A DNA stretch of 64,000 bases from an uncultured Chloroflexia bacterium (GTDB lineage: Bacteria; Chloroflexota; Limnocylindria; QHBO01), in assembly GCA_963822845.1 (NCBI GenBank), contig CAWGIY010000009.1, forward strand, positions 208,902 through 272,901, read 5' to 3'. The notes beneath the pieces are model-generated. The model was given only the letters and a program-made list of their open reading frames with translations. It ran no database searches and was not told the DNA's origin. The position numbers and the translations under genes were made by a program. Numbering within the stretch: position 1 is the stretch's first letter; the number at the start of each line of letters is the position of its first letter. Positions 29,004 to 39,077 of the stretch are shown here, piece by piece.

Positions 29004-30197
29004 ATGCTTTCGCTCGACGACGCCCTCTCCCGCCTGCTGACGCACGCCGCTCCGGTCGCGTCGGAGCGCGTTGCCCTGGCCGATGCCGCCGGGCGGGTCC
29101 TGGCCGAACCGCGGATCGTTGCCGCGGTCGACGTGCCGGCCTTTGCCAACTCGTCCATGGACGGGTTCGCCCTCCGCGCCGCCGATGCGCCGGGGACCCT
29201 TCGCGTCGCCGGCGAGTCCGCCGCCGGTGCCGCGTCCCTTCCGGCGGTCGAGCCCGGCACGGCGATCCGCATCATGACCGGCGCGCCGATGCCGCCCGGA
29301 GCCGATGCGGTCGTGCCGGTCGAGGACGTTGCGGAGTCCAATGGCGTCGTGTCGATTCCGGGGTCGGTCTCAGCTGGCGCCTTCGTGCGGATGGCAGCCC
29401 ATGACACGCGCGCGGGAGACGAGGTGCGACTTGCGGGGCCGTTGTCGCCGGCCAAGCTCGCGGTGCTCGCTTCGATCGGTCTCGGCAATGTCGACGTGCG
29501 GCGCCGACCGGCGGTGGCGATTCTGTCGACCGGCGACGAGCTGGTGGCTCCCGGAGACCCACTCCGCCCCGGTCAGATCCACGATGCCAACGGCCCTGCC
29601 CTGGCCGCGGCGGTCACCGAGGCCGGTGGCGAGCCACTGCTCCTGCCGCGCGTCGGCGACGACCCCGAGGCGATCGAGCGCGTCCTCCGCGGCGGTGCGG
29701 CCTCCGCGGACCTCGTCGTGACCTCCGGCGGCGTGAGCGTCGGGCGCCACGACCACGTCCGGGCCGTGCTGGAGCGCCACGGGTCACTCGACTTCTGGCG
29801 GATCGCCGTCCAGCCGGGCAAGCCGCTGGCGGTGGGGGAGCTGGCAGGCACGACCGTCATCGGTCTTCCCGGCAACCCGGTCAGCGCACTCGTCACGTTC
29901 GAGCTCTTCGTCCGCCCCCTGGTCCGAGCGATGCTCGGGCTCGTCGGTGACGGCCGGGCCCGTGTTCGGGCCGTTGCCTCCGAGCGGATCCCGAAGGACT
30001 CAGGCCGTCGGGCATTCCTGCGGGTCGTGGTGGATGCATCCGACGACGGCTACGTGGCTCGGCCAGCGGGCGGGCAGCAGTCCTCGCAGCTGCGACCGAT
30101 GGCCGATGCCAACGCCCTCCTCGTCGTGCCCGAGGGCGCCGGGGCTGCCGAGCCGGGCACCGCCTACGAGGCGATCCTCCTCGAGCCGCTCTCGTGA
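29004..30197 (+). CDS. moeA: molybdopterin molybdotransferase
   Basis: 397 aa; MoeA domains (..[13 protein letters not shown].., ..[15 protein letters not shown]..). Confidence 0.85.
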   Translation: MLSLDDALSRLLTHAAPVASERVALADAAGRVLAEPRIVAAVDVPAFANSSMDGFALRAADAPGTLRVAGESAAGAASLPAVEPGTAIRIMTGAPMPPGADAVVPVEDVAESNGVVSIPGSVSAGAFVRMAAHDTRAGDEVRLAGPLSPAKLAVLASIGLGNVDVRRRPAVAILSTGDELVAPGDPLRPGQIHDANGPALAAAVTEAGGEPLLLPRVGDDPEAIERVLRGGAASADLVVTSGGVSVGRHDHVRAVLERHGSLDFWRIAVQPGKPLAVGELAGTTVIGLPGNPVSALVTFELFVRPLVRAMLGLVGDGRARVRAVASERIPKDSGRRAFLRVVVDASDDGYVARPAGGQQSSQLRPMADANALLVVPEGAGAAEPGTAYEAILLEPLS

Positions 30198-31156
30198 AGC
30201 CGAGCCACCTCTCCGACGAGGGCGAGCCGCGGATGGTCGACGTGGGCTCGAAGCCGGTGACCGCGCGGCGGGCCGTGGCGGCGGCGAAGGTCCGGATGCG
30301 CCCCGAGGTCCTGGCCACGCTGGTCGACGCCGGCGGACCCAAGGGCGACGCCTTCGTCACCGCTCGCCTCGCCGGCATCGGTGCCGCAAAGCGCACCGCG
30401 GAGCTGATCCCGCTCTGCCATCCGCTGCCGCTCGACCGGGTGGAGGTGGAGGTCACGCCGGGGGCTGACGGCGTCGTGGACATCCGTGCCGAGGTGGCCG
30501 CGACGGCCCGCACCGGCGTCGAGATGGAGGCGCTGACGGCCGCATCGGTCGCCGCACTGACGCTGTACGACATGGCCAAGGCGCTCCAGCGCGACATCGT
30601 CATCGAGTCGGTGCGGCTGGTCGAGAAGTCGGGAGGCCGATCCGGGTCGTTCTCGGCCGATGCCGCCACCGAGCGAGCCACCCACGAGGCGGTCGTCGTC
30701 ACCTGCTCGAACCGATCCGCGGCGGGGGAGCGCGAGGATGCCTCCGGCCCGGCGCTCGTGGCGGCGCTGAGTGACGCCGGCTTCGACGTGGCGCCCGAGC
30801 CGCTCGTCGTCCGCGACGACGAGGCCGAGATCGCCGCGCTGCTGGCGCGCCTGGCCGATGCCGGTCATCGGCTCGTCCTGACCACCGGCGGGACCGGCCT
30901 GACGCCGACCGACGTCACCCCGGCCGCGACGCGCCGGGTGATCGAGCGCGAGGCGCCCGGGCTCGCGGAGCTGATGCGCGCGGCGGGCGTGGCGCACACC
31001 CCGATGGCGGCGCTGTCGCGCGGCGTCGTCGGCACCCGGGGGCAGACGCTGATCGCGAACCTGCCCGGCTCGCCGAAGGGCGCGGCCGAGTCGTTGGCGG
31101 CGCTGCTGCCGGTGCTGCGCCATTCGCTCGAGCAGCTCGCCGGCGGGGACCACTGA
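30194..31156 (+). CDS. moaC: bifunctional molybdenum-cofactor protein: MoaC (cyclic pyranopterin monophosphate synthase) fused to a MogA/MoaB domain
   Basis: N-terminal MoaC (..[45 protein letters not shown]..) followed by MogA/MoaB (..[42 protein letters not shown]..). Confidence 0.8.
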   Translation: MKPSHLSDEGEPRMVDVGSKPVTARRAVAAAKVRMRPEVLATLVDAGGPKGDAFVTARLAGIGAAKRTAELIPLCHPLPLDRVEVEVTPGADGVVDIRAEVAATARTGVEMEALTAASVAALTLYDMAKALQRDIVIESVRLVEKSGGRSGSFSADAATERATHEAVVVTCSNRSAAGEREDASGPALVAALSDAGFDVAPEPLVVRDDEAEIAALLARLADAGHRLVLTTGGTGLTPTDVTPAATRRVIEREAPGLAELMRAAGVAHTPMAALSRGVVGTRGQTLIANLPGSPKGAAESLAALLPVLRHSLEQLAGGDH

Positions 31157-31193
31157 TCGGTACCATCGAGCATCGACGAGCGGGAGGGCACCC

Positions 31194-32507
31194 ATGGCAA
31201 CCGACGAGACGAGTCAGGGCAGCCTGTCGGTCCGGCAGGCCGCGTTCATCGGTGTGGCGTCGATGGTGGGGGCCGGAATCTTCTCGCTGCTCGGCGCTGC
31301 GGGCGAGGTCGCAGGGTCCGCCGTCTGGCTGTCGTTCATCCTGGCCGGCGCCGTCGCGGTCCTGCAGGGCTACTCGTTCGCGAAGCTCGGCGCCCGCTAC
31401 CCGTCGTCGGGTGGGCTGCTCGAGTACGTCGTCCGCGGCTACGGCAACGGCCATGTGACCGGCGTCATCGCCTGGCTGGTGGTGGCGGTGAACGCGATCA
31501 TCACGGCGATGGTGGCGGTCTCGTTCGGCAGCTACGTGAGCTCGGCGATCGGGGCGGAGGACGGGGCATTCGCGACGAAGGCCTTCGCGGCGCTCCTCAT
31601 CGTCGCCATGACGGCCCTGAACGCCTTCGGGTCGCAGGCGGTGGCGAGGGTCCAGTCGGTCGTCGTGGTCGTCGTCATCGGCATCCTTTCGGTGTTCGCC
31701 GTGACGACGCTCGCGAACGCCGACTTCGAGCTGCTCGCGCCGGCTGGCTACCCACCGGCGGGCGACATCGTGGCCAGCGTGGCACTGACGTTCTTCGCGT
31801 TCCTCGGCTTCGGCGTGATCACGTTCACCGCGGTGCACCTGCCCGACCCGGTGCGGCAGCTGCCACGGGCCGTGTACCTCGCCCTCGGGATTGCGACCGC
31901 GATCTACGTGGCCGTGGCGCTGGGCGTGTTCGGGACGCTGACCGTTCAGCAGGTCATCGACTCCGGCGGGACGGCCCTGGCGGTCGCCGCGGAACCGGTG
32001 CTCGGGCAGGCCGGGTATTGGCTGATGACCGTCACCGCCCTCTTCGCCACCGCCGGTGCGACGAACGCGGGCCTGTATCCCGCCGCCGGCCTGACCGAGC
32101 ACCTGGCGTCGATCGGCCAGTTTCCGCCGTTGCTCGCCCGTCGATTCGGCGGACGGGCGCCGGCCGGCCTCATCGTGACGGCCGTCGTGTCGATCGTGCT
32201 GGCGGTCGGTTTCGACCTCAACGCCATCGCGTCGATCGGGAGCGCGGTGGCGCTGGTCGTCTTCACCCTCGTCGGAGTCGGTCACCTGCGCATCCGCGCC
32301 GAGACCGGCGCGAGTGCGCCGATCCTCGTGCTCGGCATCCTGGCCGCCGCCGTCGTGCTGCTGTTGTTCGCGCCAACGCTCGCGGAGGAACCGGCGACGG
32401 CGATCGCGCTCGTGTTCGTCCTGGCCCAGAGCGTGGTCCTGGACCTCATCTGGAAGCGGGTGCGCCGGGACCGCCCGAGCACACCGAGCCCCAATCCGGC
32501 CGCGTAG
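31194..32507 (+). CDS. APC-family amino acid permease
   Basis: 437 aa, 12 TM; ..FIGVASMVGAGIFSLLG.. signature. Confidence 0.75.
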   Translation: MATDETSQGSLSVRQAAFIGVASMVGAGIFSLLGAAGEVAGSAVWLSFILAGAVAVLQGYSFAKLGARYPSSGGLLEYVVRGYGNGHVTGVIAWLVVAVNAIITAMVAVSFGSYVSSAIGAEDGAFATKAFAALLIVAMTALNAFGSQAVARVQSVVVVVVIGILSVFAVTTLANADFELLAPAGYPPAGDIVASVALTFFAFLGFGVITFTAVHLPDPVRQLPRAVYLALGIATAIYVAVALGVFGTLTVQQVIDSGGTALAVAAEPVLGQAGYWLMTVTALFATAGATNAGLYPAAGLTEHLASIGQFPPLLARRFGGRAPAGLIVTAVVSIVLAVGFDLNAIASIGSAVALVVFTLVGVGHLRIRAETGASAPILVLGILAAAVVLLLFAPTLAEEPATAIALVFVLAQSVVLDLIWKRVRRDRPSTPSPNPAA

Positions 32508-32574
32508 GGGTCCCTGCCGCCGATCCACGTCCTGATGGGACACACCGATATCCGCCAGGGGAGAGGCGCTGCGC

Positions 32575-34830
32575 GTGACCCGGCGGGCCGCGCATGCGTC
32601 GCGGCTACCATTCGCGCCACGCATGGAACCCACGATTCCGCTCTATCCGCTGATCGTCGTGCCCGTGGCCGCGGCGATCATCGCCCTCTGGCGTCGCGGT
32701 CGATGGCACCTGGCGGTCCTGCGCAGCGGGAGGCCGCTGAACCGCACCGATCGGCCGTTGGAGCGCATCAAGGCGCTCGGGGTCTTCGTCTTCGGGCAGC
32801 GGCGACTGCTCCAGGACCCCGGACCGGGGCTGGCGCATGCATTCGTGTTCTGGGGCTTCGTCGTTCTGCTGGCGACGACCGGCAACTACATCACCAACGG
32901 CCTGGTGGAGACGATCGTCGGCTGGCCGCTTGGCGGCTTCTTCTGGAGCATCGTCGTCGTATTCGCGAACGTCTTCGTCGGGCTGGTGCTGGCATCGGTC
33001 ATCTACTACGTCGTGCGGCGGACGATCACCAGGCCAGCGAGGCTGGCGCTGACCCGCGATGCGTTCGTGATCCTGGGCCTGATCTTCTTCATCGTCCTGA
33101 CCGAGCTCATCGGTGATGCCTTCGCCTACGTCGTCGAGCCCGACCACCCGTCACGGACCTGGGCGGTGCTGGCCGGGCCGTTGAGCCTGGCGCTGGAGGG
33201 CATCGGTCAGGAGGCGGCGCAGATCGGCTTCGGCGCGATGGGGTGGGCGCACATCCTGCTCGTGCTCGCGTTCCTCGCGTACCTGCCGTTCAGCAAGCAC
33301 CTCCACATCATCAGCAGCGAGCCGAACGTCTATACCAAGAGCCTCGAGCCGCGAGGCGCGCTGCGGCTCATGGACCTCGAGGCCGAGCCCGAGGAGGGTG
33401 AGCCCGAGCCGGTATTCGGCGCGAAGGGCCTCAAGGACCTGACCTGGCGGCACCTGCTCGATCCGTTGGCCTGCACGGAGTGCGGACGGTGCATGGAGTT
33501 CTGCCCGGCATCGGTCACCGGCAAGACCCTCTCGCCGAAGCATCTGATGGAGGGGATGCGCGACCAGATCCTGGTCGCGGAGACGGCGCTGGCGGCGGCC
33601 GCATCGGCCCAGCGCGCCTGGAAGGGCGGAGCGAACGGCGGCGCGGCGGCCTCGGAGGAGGCGCTGAATCTCGCGCACCAGCGCGCGGAAGAGGCGCTGA
33701 GCCTGCCGCTCATGGACAACGCGATCCCGGAGGAGGCGGTCTGGCAGTGCACCACCTGCGGCTGGTGCGTCGAGGGCTGCCCGGTCCTCATCGAGCACGT
33801 CGACACGATCGTCGAGATCCGCCGCAATGCCGTCCTCGAGGAGTCGCGGTTCCCGAAGGAGCTCAACACGGCCTTCCGCAACATGGAGAACGCGGGCAAC
33901 CCGTGGGGCCAGCCGCGCTCCGCGCGACTGGACTGGGCGAAGGGGCTGGACGTCTCCGTCCTCGGCGAGACCGATACGCGCCTGGCGGTCGCCGACGGCA
34001 ACGGCGACGGTGCGCCATGGCGCACGATCTTCTCCTCCACGCCGATGACCGATGCGCTCGCCGGCAGCGTCCTGCTGTGGATCGGCTGCGCCGGCGCGTT
34101 CGACGATCGCAATCGCAAGGTCGTGCGGGCGATGGCCCAGCTCCTCAGGCAGGCCGAGGTGCCGTTCTCGGTCCTCGGGCCGCGCGAGACCTGCACCGGC
34201 GATCCCGCGCGGCGGGCCGGCAACGAGTACCTGTATCAGATGCTCGCCGAGGAGAACGTCGCGACGCTGTCATCGGTCCATGCCGAGCATGGGATCGGCA
34301 CGATCGTCGCGACCTGCCCGCACTGCTTCAACACGATCCGCAACGAGTACCCGCAGATGGGCCTCGCCGGCGTGCAGGTCATCCACCACACGCAGCTGCT
34401 CGACCGGCTGGTGGCGGAGGGGCGCCTGGTGCCGACCGAGCACCACGAGGCGCTCGTCGCCTACCACGACGCCTGCTACCTCGGGCGCTACAACCAGGTC
34501 TACGACGAGGGCCGTCGCGTGGTCGAGTCGGTGCCGGGCCAGTCGATCGTCGAGATGGACCTCCATCACCGCAAGGGCATGTGCTGCGGCGCGGGCGGCG
34601 CACGGATGTGGATGGAGGAGCGCGAGGGCACGCGGATCAACCACAAGCGCGTCGAGCAGGCGCTCGAGAAGTCGCCGGACGAGATCGCGACCTCGTGCCC
34701 GTTCTGCCTGATCATGCTCCGCGACGGCACGACCGACCTCGACCGGACCGATGTCGCCGTCCGCGACGTTGCGGAGCTGCTGGCCGACGCCACCGGCGCC
34801 TGGAATCGCGACGTGGGAGGCTCCGCCTAG
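32575..34830 (+). CDS. etfD: membrane-bound (Fe-S) oxidoreductase, EtfD / heterodisulfide-reductase-like (NarI-like cytochrome b domain, two 4Fe-4S motifs, CCG domains)
   Basis: N-terminal 5-6 TM with conserved His residues; CTECGRCMEFCP and CTTCGWCVEGCP ferredoxin motifs; C-terminal cysteine-rich CCG domains (..CPHCFNTI.., ..CYLGRYN.., ..CCGAGG.., ..CPFCLIML..). Matches the architecture of mycobacterial EtfD (Rv0338c) and sits upstream of ACAD-etfBA. Start may be the internal ATG ~32623. Confidence 0.7.
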   Translation: MTRRAAHASRLPFAPRMEPTIPLYPLIVVPVAAAIIALWRRGRWHLAVLRSGRPLNRTDRPLERIKALGVFVFGQRRLLQDPGPGLAHAFVFWGFVVLLATTGNYITNGLVETIVGWPLGGFFWSIVVVFANVFVGLVLASVIYYVVRRTITRPARLALTRDAFVILGLIFFIVLTELIGDAFAYVVEPDHPSRTWAVLAGPLSLALEGIGQEAAQIGFGAMGWAHILLVLAFLAYLPFSKHLHIISSEPNVYTKSLEPRGALRLMDLEAEPEEGEPEPVFGAKGLKDLTWRHLLDPLACTECGRCMEFCPASVTGKTLSPKHLMEGMRDQILVAETALAAAASAQRAWKGGANGGAAASEEALNLAHQRAEEALSLPLMDNAIPEEAVWQCTTCGWCVEGCPVLIEHVDTIVEIRRNAVLEESRFPKELNTAFRNMENAGNPWGQPRSARLDWAKGLDVSVLGETDTRLAVADGNGDGAPWRTIFSSTPMTDALAGSVLLWIGCAGAFDDRNRKVVRAMAQLLRQAEVPFSVLGPRETCTGDPARRAGNEYLYQMLAEENVATLSSVHAEHGIGTIVATCPHCFNTIRNEYPQMGLAGVQVIHHTQLLDRLVAEGRLVPTEHHEALVAYHDACYLGRYNQVYDEGRRVVESVPGQSIVEMDLHHRKGMCCGAGGARMWMEEREGTRINHKRVEQALEKSPDEIATSCPFCLIMLRDGTTDLDRTDVAVRDVAELLADATGAWNRDVGGSA

Positions 34831-34910
34831 GCCACGGAATCCGCAAGATCAGGCCAGCGAATCTGCGGAATTGTTGACCACGCAATCCGTCGCACCCTAG
34901 ACTTCGGCGC

Positions 34911-35396
34911 GTGGCCGTGAGCACGATCGCGCAGTCGGGCAAGCGCCCGGCCCTCGATGACCTCGACAAGGCGATCATCCGCTGCCTCCAGCTCGACGGG
35001 CGGCGCCCGTATGCGCAAATCGGGCGAGAGCTGAAAGTCCCCGAGGCGACGGTCCGCCAGCGAGCCGAGCGGCTGATCAGCCGCGGCGTGGTGCAGGTCG
35101 TCGGCGTGACCGATCCGCTGGCGATGGGCTTTCAGCAGCCGGCACTCATCGGCCTGAGAGTCGACGCCGCAAAGCTCGAGCAGATCGCCACGAAGATCGC
35201 CGCGCTCGACGAGGTGACCTACCTCGTCGTCACCGCCGGACGGTTCGACCTGATGTGCGAAGTCGTGTGCGAGGACAACGAGCACCTGATGCGGGTGCTG
35301 ACCCAGGACCTCGCCAAGATCCGCGGCATCCGATCCAGCGAGACGATGGTCGAGCTGCGGTTCGTCAAGGAGAGCTACCAGTGGGGGACACGCTAG
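34911..35396 (+). CDS. Lrp/AsnC-family transcriptional regulator
   Basis: 161 aa; HTH (..LDKAIIRCLQLDGRRPYAQIGRELKVPEATVRQRAERL..) and RAM domain. Confidence 0.8.
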   Translation: MAVSTIAQSGKRPALDDLDKAIIRCLQLDGRRPYAQIGRELKVPEATVRQRAERLISRGVVQVVGVTDPLAMGFQQPALIGLRVDAAKLEQIATKIAALDEVTYLVVTAGRFDLMCEVVCEDNEHLMRVLTQDLAKIRGIRSSETMVELRFVKESYQWGTR

Positions 35397-35406
35397 GAGG
35401 ACGGAC

Positions 35407-36837
35407 GTGACGGTCACTGGTCGGGGAGTGAATCGGGCACGCGTGGCCGAGATCGGCGCGCGCGAGGAGGAGGAATACCGCCGCCGCACCCGTCGCAGCG
35501 CCGACCTGTTCGAGCGCGCGGGTCGGTCCCTGCCGCTCGGCGTGGCCAGCTCGTTCCAGGCCTACGACCCCTACCCGCTGTTCATGACCGATGCCCGTGG
35601 CAGCCGCATCACCGATGCGGACGGAAACGAGTACATCGACTTCGACATGGCCTTCGGCGTGCTGGCCGCCGGGCACTCGCACCCGATCCTGGCCGAGGCG
35701 CTCCAGCACCGGGTGGCCAATGGGACGTGCTACACGTTCCCCGTCGAGGACGGCATCGCGCTGGCCGAGGAGATCAAGCAGCGCTTCGGCTGCGACCTCG
35801 TGCGCTTCAGCAACTCCGGCACCGAGGCGACGATGGACGCGATCCGCGTCGCCCGCGGCTACACCGGCCGCGAGAAGATCATCAAGTTCGAGGGCGGCTA
35901 CCACGGCCACCACGACGACGTCCTCGTCAGCATCCAGCCGCCGCGCGAGGCCATGGGGCCGATCGAGCAGCCGGCGACGGTGCCGGCCTCTGCGGGCATC
36001 CCGCGCTCCCGGATCGCGGAGACGGTGATCGCGCCGTTCAACGAGCCCGAGATCCTCGCGGGCATCCTCGAGGCCAACCGCGACGAGATCGCCGCGATCA
36101 TCGTCGAGCCGGTGCAGTTCAACATCGGCGTCGTGCCGCCGAAGCCCGGCTACCTCGAGCGGGTGCGCGAGCTCGCCACCGAGCATGGCGTCGTGCTCAT
36201 CTTCGACGAGGTGAAGACCGGCGTCGTGCTGGCCTGGGGCGGCGCCTTCGAGTACTTCGGCGTCCAGCCCGACCTCTTCTGCCTCGCCAAGAGCATCGGC
36301 GGCGGGATCCCGATCGGTGCCTTCGGCGGCCGCGGCGAGGTGATGCGGGTCATCGAGACGCTCGAGGGCAGCGGCGCGCCCGGTTCGGGCATCGACCGCT
36401 CGACGATCCCCGGTGGCGCCACGCGCGTCGCGCACCTGGGGACGTTCAATGGCAATCCGCTGTCGATGACGGCAGGGCTCGTGACGCTGACGCGGATCCT
36501 CACGAAGGACGCGTACCCCCGGCTGCACGCGATGGCCGATACCCTCACCGCGGGCTGCCAGGCGGTGCTCGACGAGTTCGAGCTGCCCGGCTACGCGATC
36601 AACGTCGGCCCGAAGGGCTGCGTGATGTTCACGCCGGAGCGCGTGACGAACTACCGCGACTTCATCGGCCTCGACGCCGAGCTGTGGGGAGCGTTCTTCC
36701 TGTTCCTGGCGAACCGCGGCATCCTCCTGCCGCCGGGACCAGACGACCAGTGGACGCTATCGGTCCAGCACACCGAGGCCGAGGTCGAACGCCACGTCGC
36801 GGTCTTCCGCGAGTTCGCCGCCGAGCTGACCGCCTGA
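35407..36837 (+). CDS. class-III (PLP-dependent) aminotransferase
   Basis: 476 aa; ..RFSNSGTEATMDAIRVARGYTGR.. and the ..LIFDEVKTGV.. lysine motif. Confidence 0.75.
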   Translation: MTVTGRGVNRARVAEIGAREEEEYRRRTRRSADLFERAGRSLPLGVASSFQAYDPYPLFMTDARGSRITDADGNEYIDFDMAFGVLAAGHSHPILAEALQHRVANGTCYTFPVEDGIALAEEIKQRFGCDLVRFSNSGTEATMDAIRVARGYTGREKIIKFEGGYHGHHDDVLVSIQPPREAMGPIEQPATVPASAGIPRSRIAETVIAPFNEPEILAGILEANRDEIAAIIVEPVQFNIGVVPPKPGYLERVRELATEHGVVLIFDEVKTGVVLAWGGAFEYFGVQPDLFCLAKSIGGGIPIGAFGGRGEVMRVIETLEGSGAPGSGIDRSTIPGGATRVAHLGTFNGNPLSMTAGLVTLTRILTKDAYPRLHAMADTLTAGCQAVLDEFELPGYAINVGPKGCVMFTPERVTNYRDFIGLDAELWGAFFLFLANRGILLPPGPDDQWTLSVQHTEAEVERHVAVFREFAAELTA

Positions 36838-36907
36838 CGTCGTGCCTCGTGGCACGACGATTGATGCGCAAGTGGAACGCGGGGCGTATGGGGGATGAGG
36901 AGGTAGG

Positions 36908-37780
36908 GTGATGCTCGAGCGCTGGGCGCTTCCGCTTCGCGGCCTGTCGAACGGGATCGCGTCGGCGATGCGGGGCTTCTACGGGGTCCTCGGCGGTCCG
37001 GGCAGGCTGCTCCAGGACTTCCTCAACGGCTCGTGGCTCGGGCACTCGCTGCATGCCGTGCTCGTCGACATCGTCATCGGCGGCGCGACCGTGGCGGTCC
37101 TTCTCGACGTGCTGCGGATCCTGTTCGGGGTGACCGGGCTCGAGGACGCGGCGTCCTGGACGGTTGGCCTCGTCTTCCTGTCAGCGCTCGGGGCCATCGT
37201 CACCGGCCTCACCGATTACAAGGACACGAACCACGACACGCCGGCGCGTGACGTCGCCGGACTGCACGGGCTCGTCAACATCGTGGCGACCGTCGGCTTC
37301 GGGATCTCCCTCTGGCTGCGCCTGGTCGACGCGCACGACGCCGGCTTCTGGGTGCTGCTCGTCTCGTACCTGGTCGTGAGCTTCGGCGGCTACATCGGCG
37401 GCCACATCGTCTTCAAGTACGGCTACATGGTGAACTTCAATGCCTTCGCGCGCGGGAAGAAGGCGGCCGAGTTCACGCCGGTCGTGCCCGCGGCCGAGGT
37501 GCCCGAGAACACGCCCACGAAGGTGACCTTCGGCGCCACGTCGGTCATGCTCGTCCGCCGCGGCGAGGTGGTGCACGCACTGAAGGAGAGCTGCTCGCAC
37601 CTGGGCGGACCGCTCTCGCAGGGTGAGCTCGACGGGGACCACATCAGCTGTCCGTGGCACTTCTCGGTGTTCCGCATCACCGATGGGGCCGTCGTGCACG
37701 GGCCGGCTTCGTCGCGCCAGGTGTCGTATCGAGCCCGTGTCAACGCCGGGCAGGTGGAGCTCCAGGGCCCGCACGACTGA
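36908..37780 (+). CDS. DUF2231-like membrane domain fused to a C-terminal Rieske [2Fe-2S] domain
   Basis: N-terminal 4 TM; C-terminal CSHLGGPL ... CPWHFSVF (CxH...CxxH Rieske ligands). Confidence 0.65.
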   Translation: MMLERWALPLRGLSNGIASAMRGFYGVLGGPGRLLQDFLNGSWLGHSLHAVLVDIVIGGATVAVLLDVLRILFGVTGLEDAASWTVGLVFLSALGAIVTGLTDYKDTNHDTPARDVAGLHGLVNIVATVGFGISLWLRLVDAHDAGFWVLLVSYLVVSFGGYIGGHIVFKYGYMVNFNAFARGKKAAEFTPVVPAAEVPENTPTKVTFGATSVMLVRRGEVVHALKESCSHLGGPLSQGELDGDHISCPWHFSVFRITDGAVVHGPASSRQVSYRARVNAGQVELQGPHD

Positions 37781-37790
37781 GCTCCTCGGC

Positions 37791-37815
37791 TGCGTATATA
37801 CATATATACCCCGAC
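37791..37815. promoter_or_regulatory. AT-rich near-palindrome CGTATATACATATATACCCC upstream of the acyl-CoA dehydrogenase gene
   Basis: Same GGGGTATATA(C/T)GTATATAC core as the ispH palindrome; intergenic, ~75 nt upstream of the ACAD start. Confidence 0.45.
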
Positions 37816-37887
37816 TGCCTCGACCGGCGCATCGTCTAGACTTCACGGCCCCGAGCCCGCACCCGAACTTCGCCGCGAGGAGTCCGC

Positions 37888-39054
37888 GTGACCTACCTGC
37901 CCAGCGCCGAGCACGACGAGCTGCGCGCCGTCGTGCGCGAGCTGGCCACCGAGCGCATCGCGCCGCGGGCCGCCGAGATCGACGAGAAGGGCGAATTCCC
38001 GCACGACCTCAAGGATCTGCTGGCCCAGCAGGACCTGCTCGGAACGTGCTTCGAGGAGCGCCACGGCGGGACGAACCTGGACACGGTCGCGCAATGCATC
38101 CTCGTCGAGGAGATCGCCCGGGCCGACGCGACCACCAGCCTCATCCCGATCGTCCAGAAGCTCGGTGCGCTGCCGATCCTGCTGGCCGGGACGGACGAAC
38201 AGCAGGACCGATACCTCCCTCGGCTGGCCTCGGGCGAGTGGCTCGTCGCCTTCGCGCTCACCGAGGCCGCCGCCGGCAGTGACGTGGCATCGAACCGGAT
38301 GCGGGCGACCCGAGACGGCGACGAGTACGTCCTCAACGGCTCGAAACGTTTCATCACGCACGGGAGCGTCGCGAACCTGCTGACGGTCTTCGCCCTCACC
38401 GACCCGGCGGCCGGCGGCCGGAAGGGGATGAGCGCCTTCATCGTCGAGGCCGACAGTCCCGGCTTCGCCGCTCCGCGGGTCGAGCACAAGATGGGCATCC
38501 GCGGCTCGCCGACCGCCGAGCTGACCTTCGACGACGTCCGCGTGTCCGGCGGCAACCGGCTCGGCGATGAGGGGGAGGGCTTCCGGATCGCGATGGAGAC
38601 GCTCGATCGGTCCCGGCTGAGCATCGCGGCCCAGGCCGTCGGGATCGCGCAGGGGGCATTGGACACATCGGTCTCGTACGCGGCCGACCGGACGCAGTTC
38701 GGCGAGCGCGTGGCCGACTTCCAGGGCATCCAGTTCATGCTGGCCGACATGGCCTCGCAGACCGAGGCCGCACGCCAGCTCACCTATGCCGCCGCGGCGA
38801 TGGTCGACGCGAAGGCACACGACCTGCCGTACTGGACCAGCAGCGCGAAGCTCGTCGCCGGCGACACCGCCATGCGGGTCACCACCGACGCCGTCCAGGT
38901 GCTGGGCGGATACGGCTACATCACCGAATACCCCGTCGAGCGGATGATGCGTGACGCAAAGATCACCCAGCTCTACGAGGGGACCCAGCAGATCCAGCGC
39001 CTCATCGTCGCGCGCCAGCTCCTCCAGCGGGCAGGCGCGGGGCGGCGGGGCTGA
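37888..39054 (+). CDS. acyl-CoA dehydrogenase
   Basis: 388 aa; ACAD N-, middle and C-terminal domains (..AFALTEAAAGSDVAS.., ..YEGTQQIQRLIVAR..). Confidence 0.85.
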   Translation: MTYLPSAEHDELRAVVRELATERIAPRAAEIDEKGEFPHDLKDLLAQQDLLGTCFEERHGGTNLDTVAQCILVEEIARADATTSLIPIVQKLGALPILLAGTDEQQDRYLPRLASGEWLVAFALTEAAAGSDVASNRMRATRDGDEYVLNGSKRFITHGSVANLLTVFALTDPAAGGRKGMSAFIVEADSPGFAAPRVEHKMGIRGSPTAELTFDDVRVSGGNRLGDEGEGFRIAMETLDRSRLSIAAQAVGIAQGALDTSVSYAADRTQFGERVADFQGIQFMLADMASQTEAARQLTYAAAAMVDAKAHDLPYWTSSAKLVAGDTAMRVTTDAVQVLGGYGYITEYPVERMMRDAKITQLYEGTQQIQRLIVARQLLQRAGAGRRG

Positions 39055-39077
39055 ATGAGGAGCGAAGCCGCGAACCG

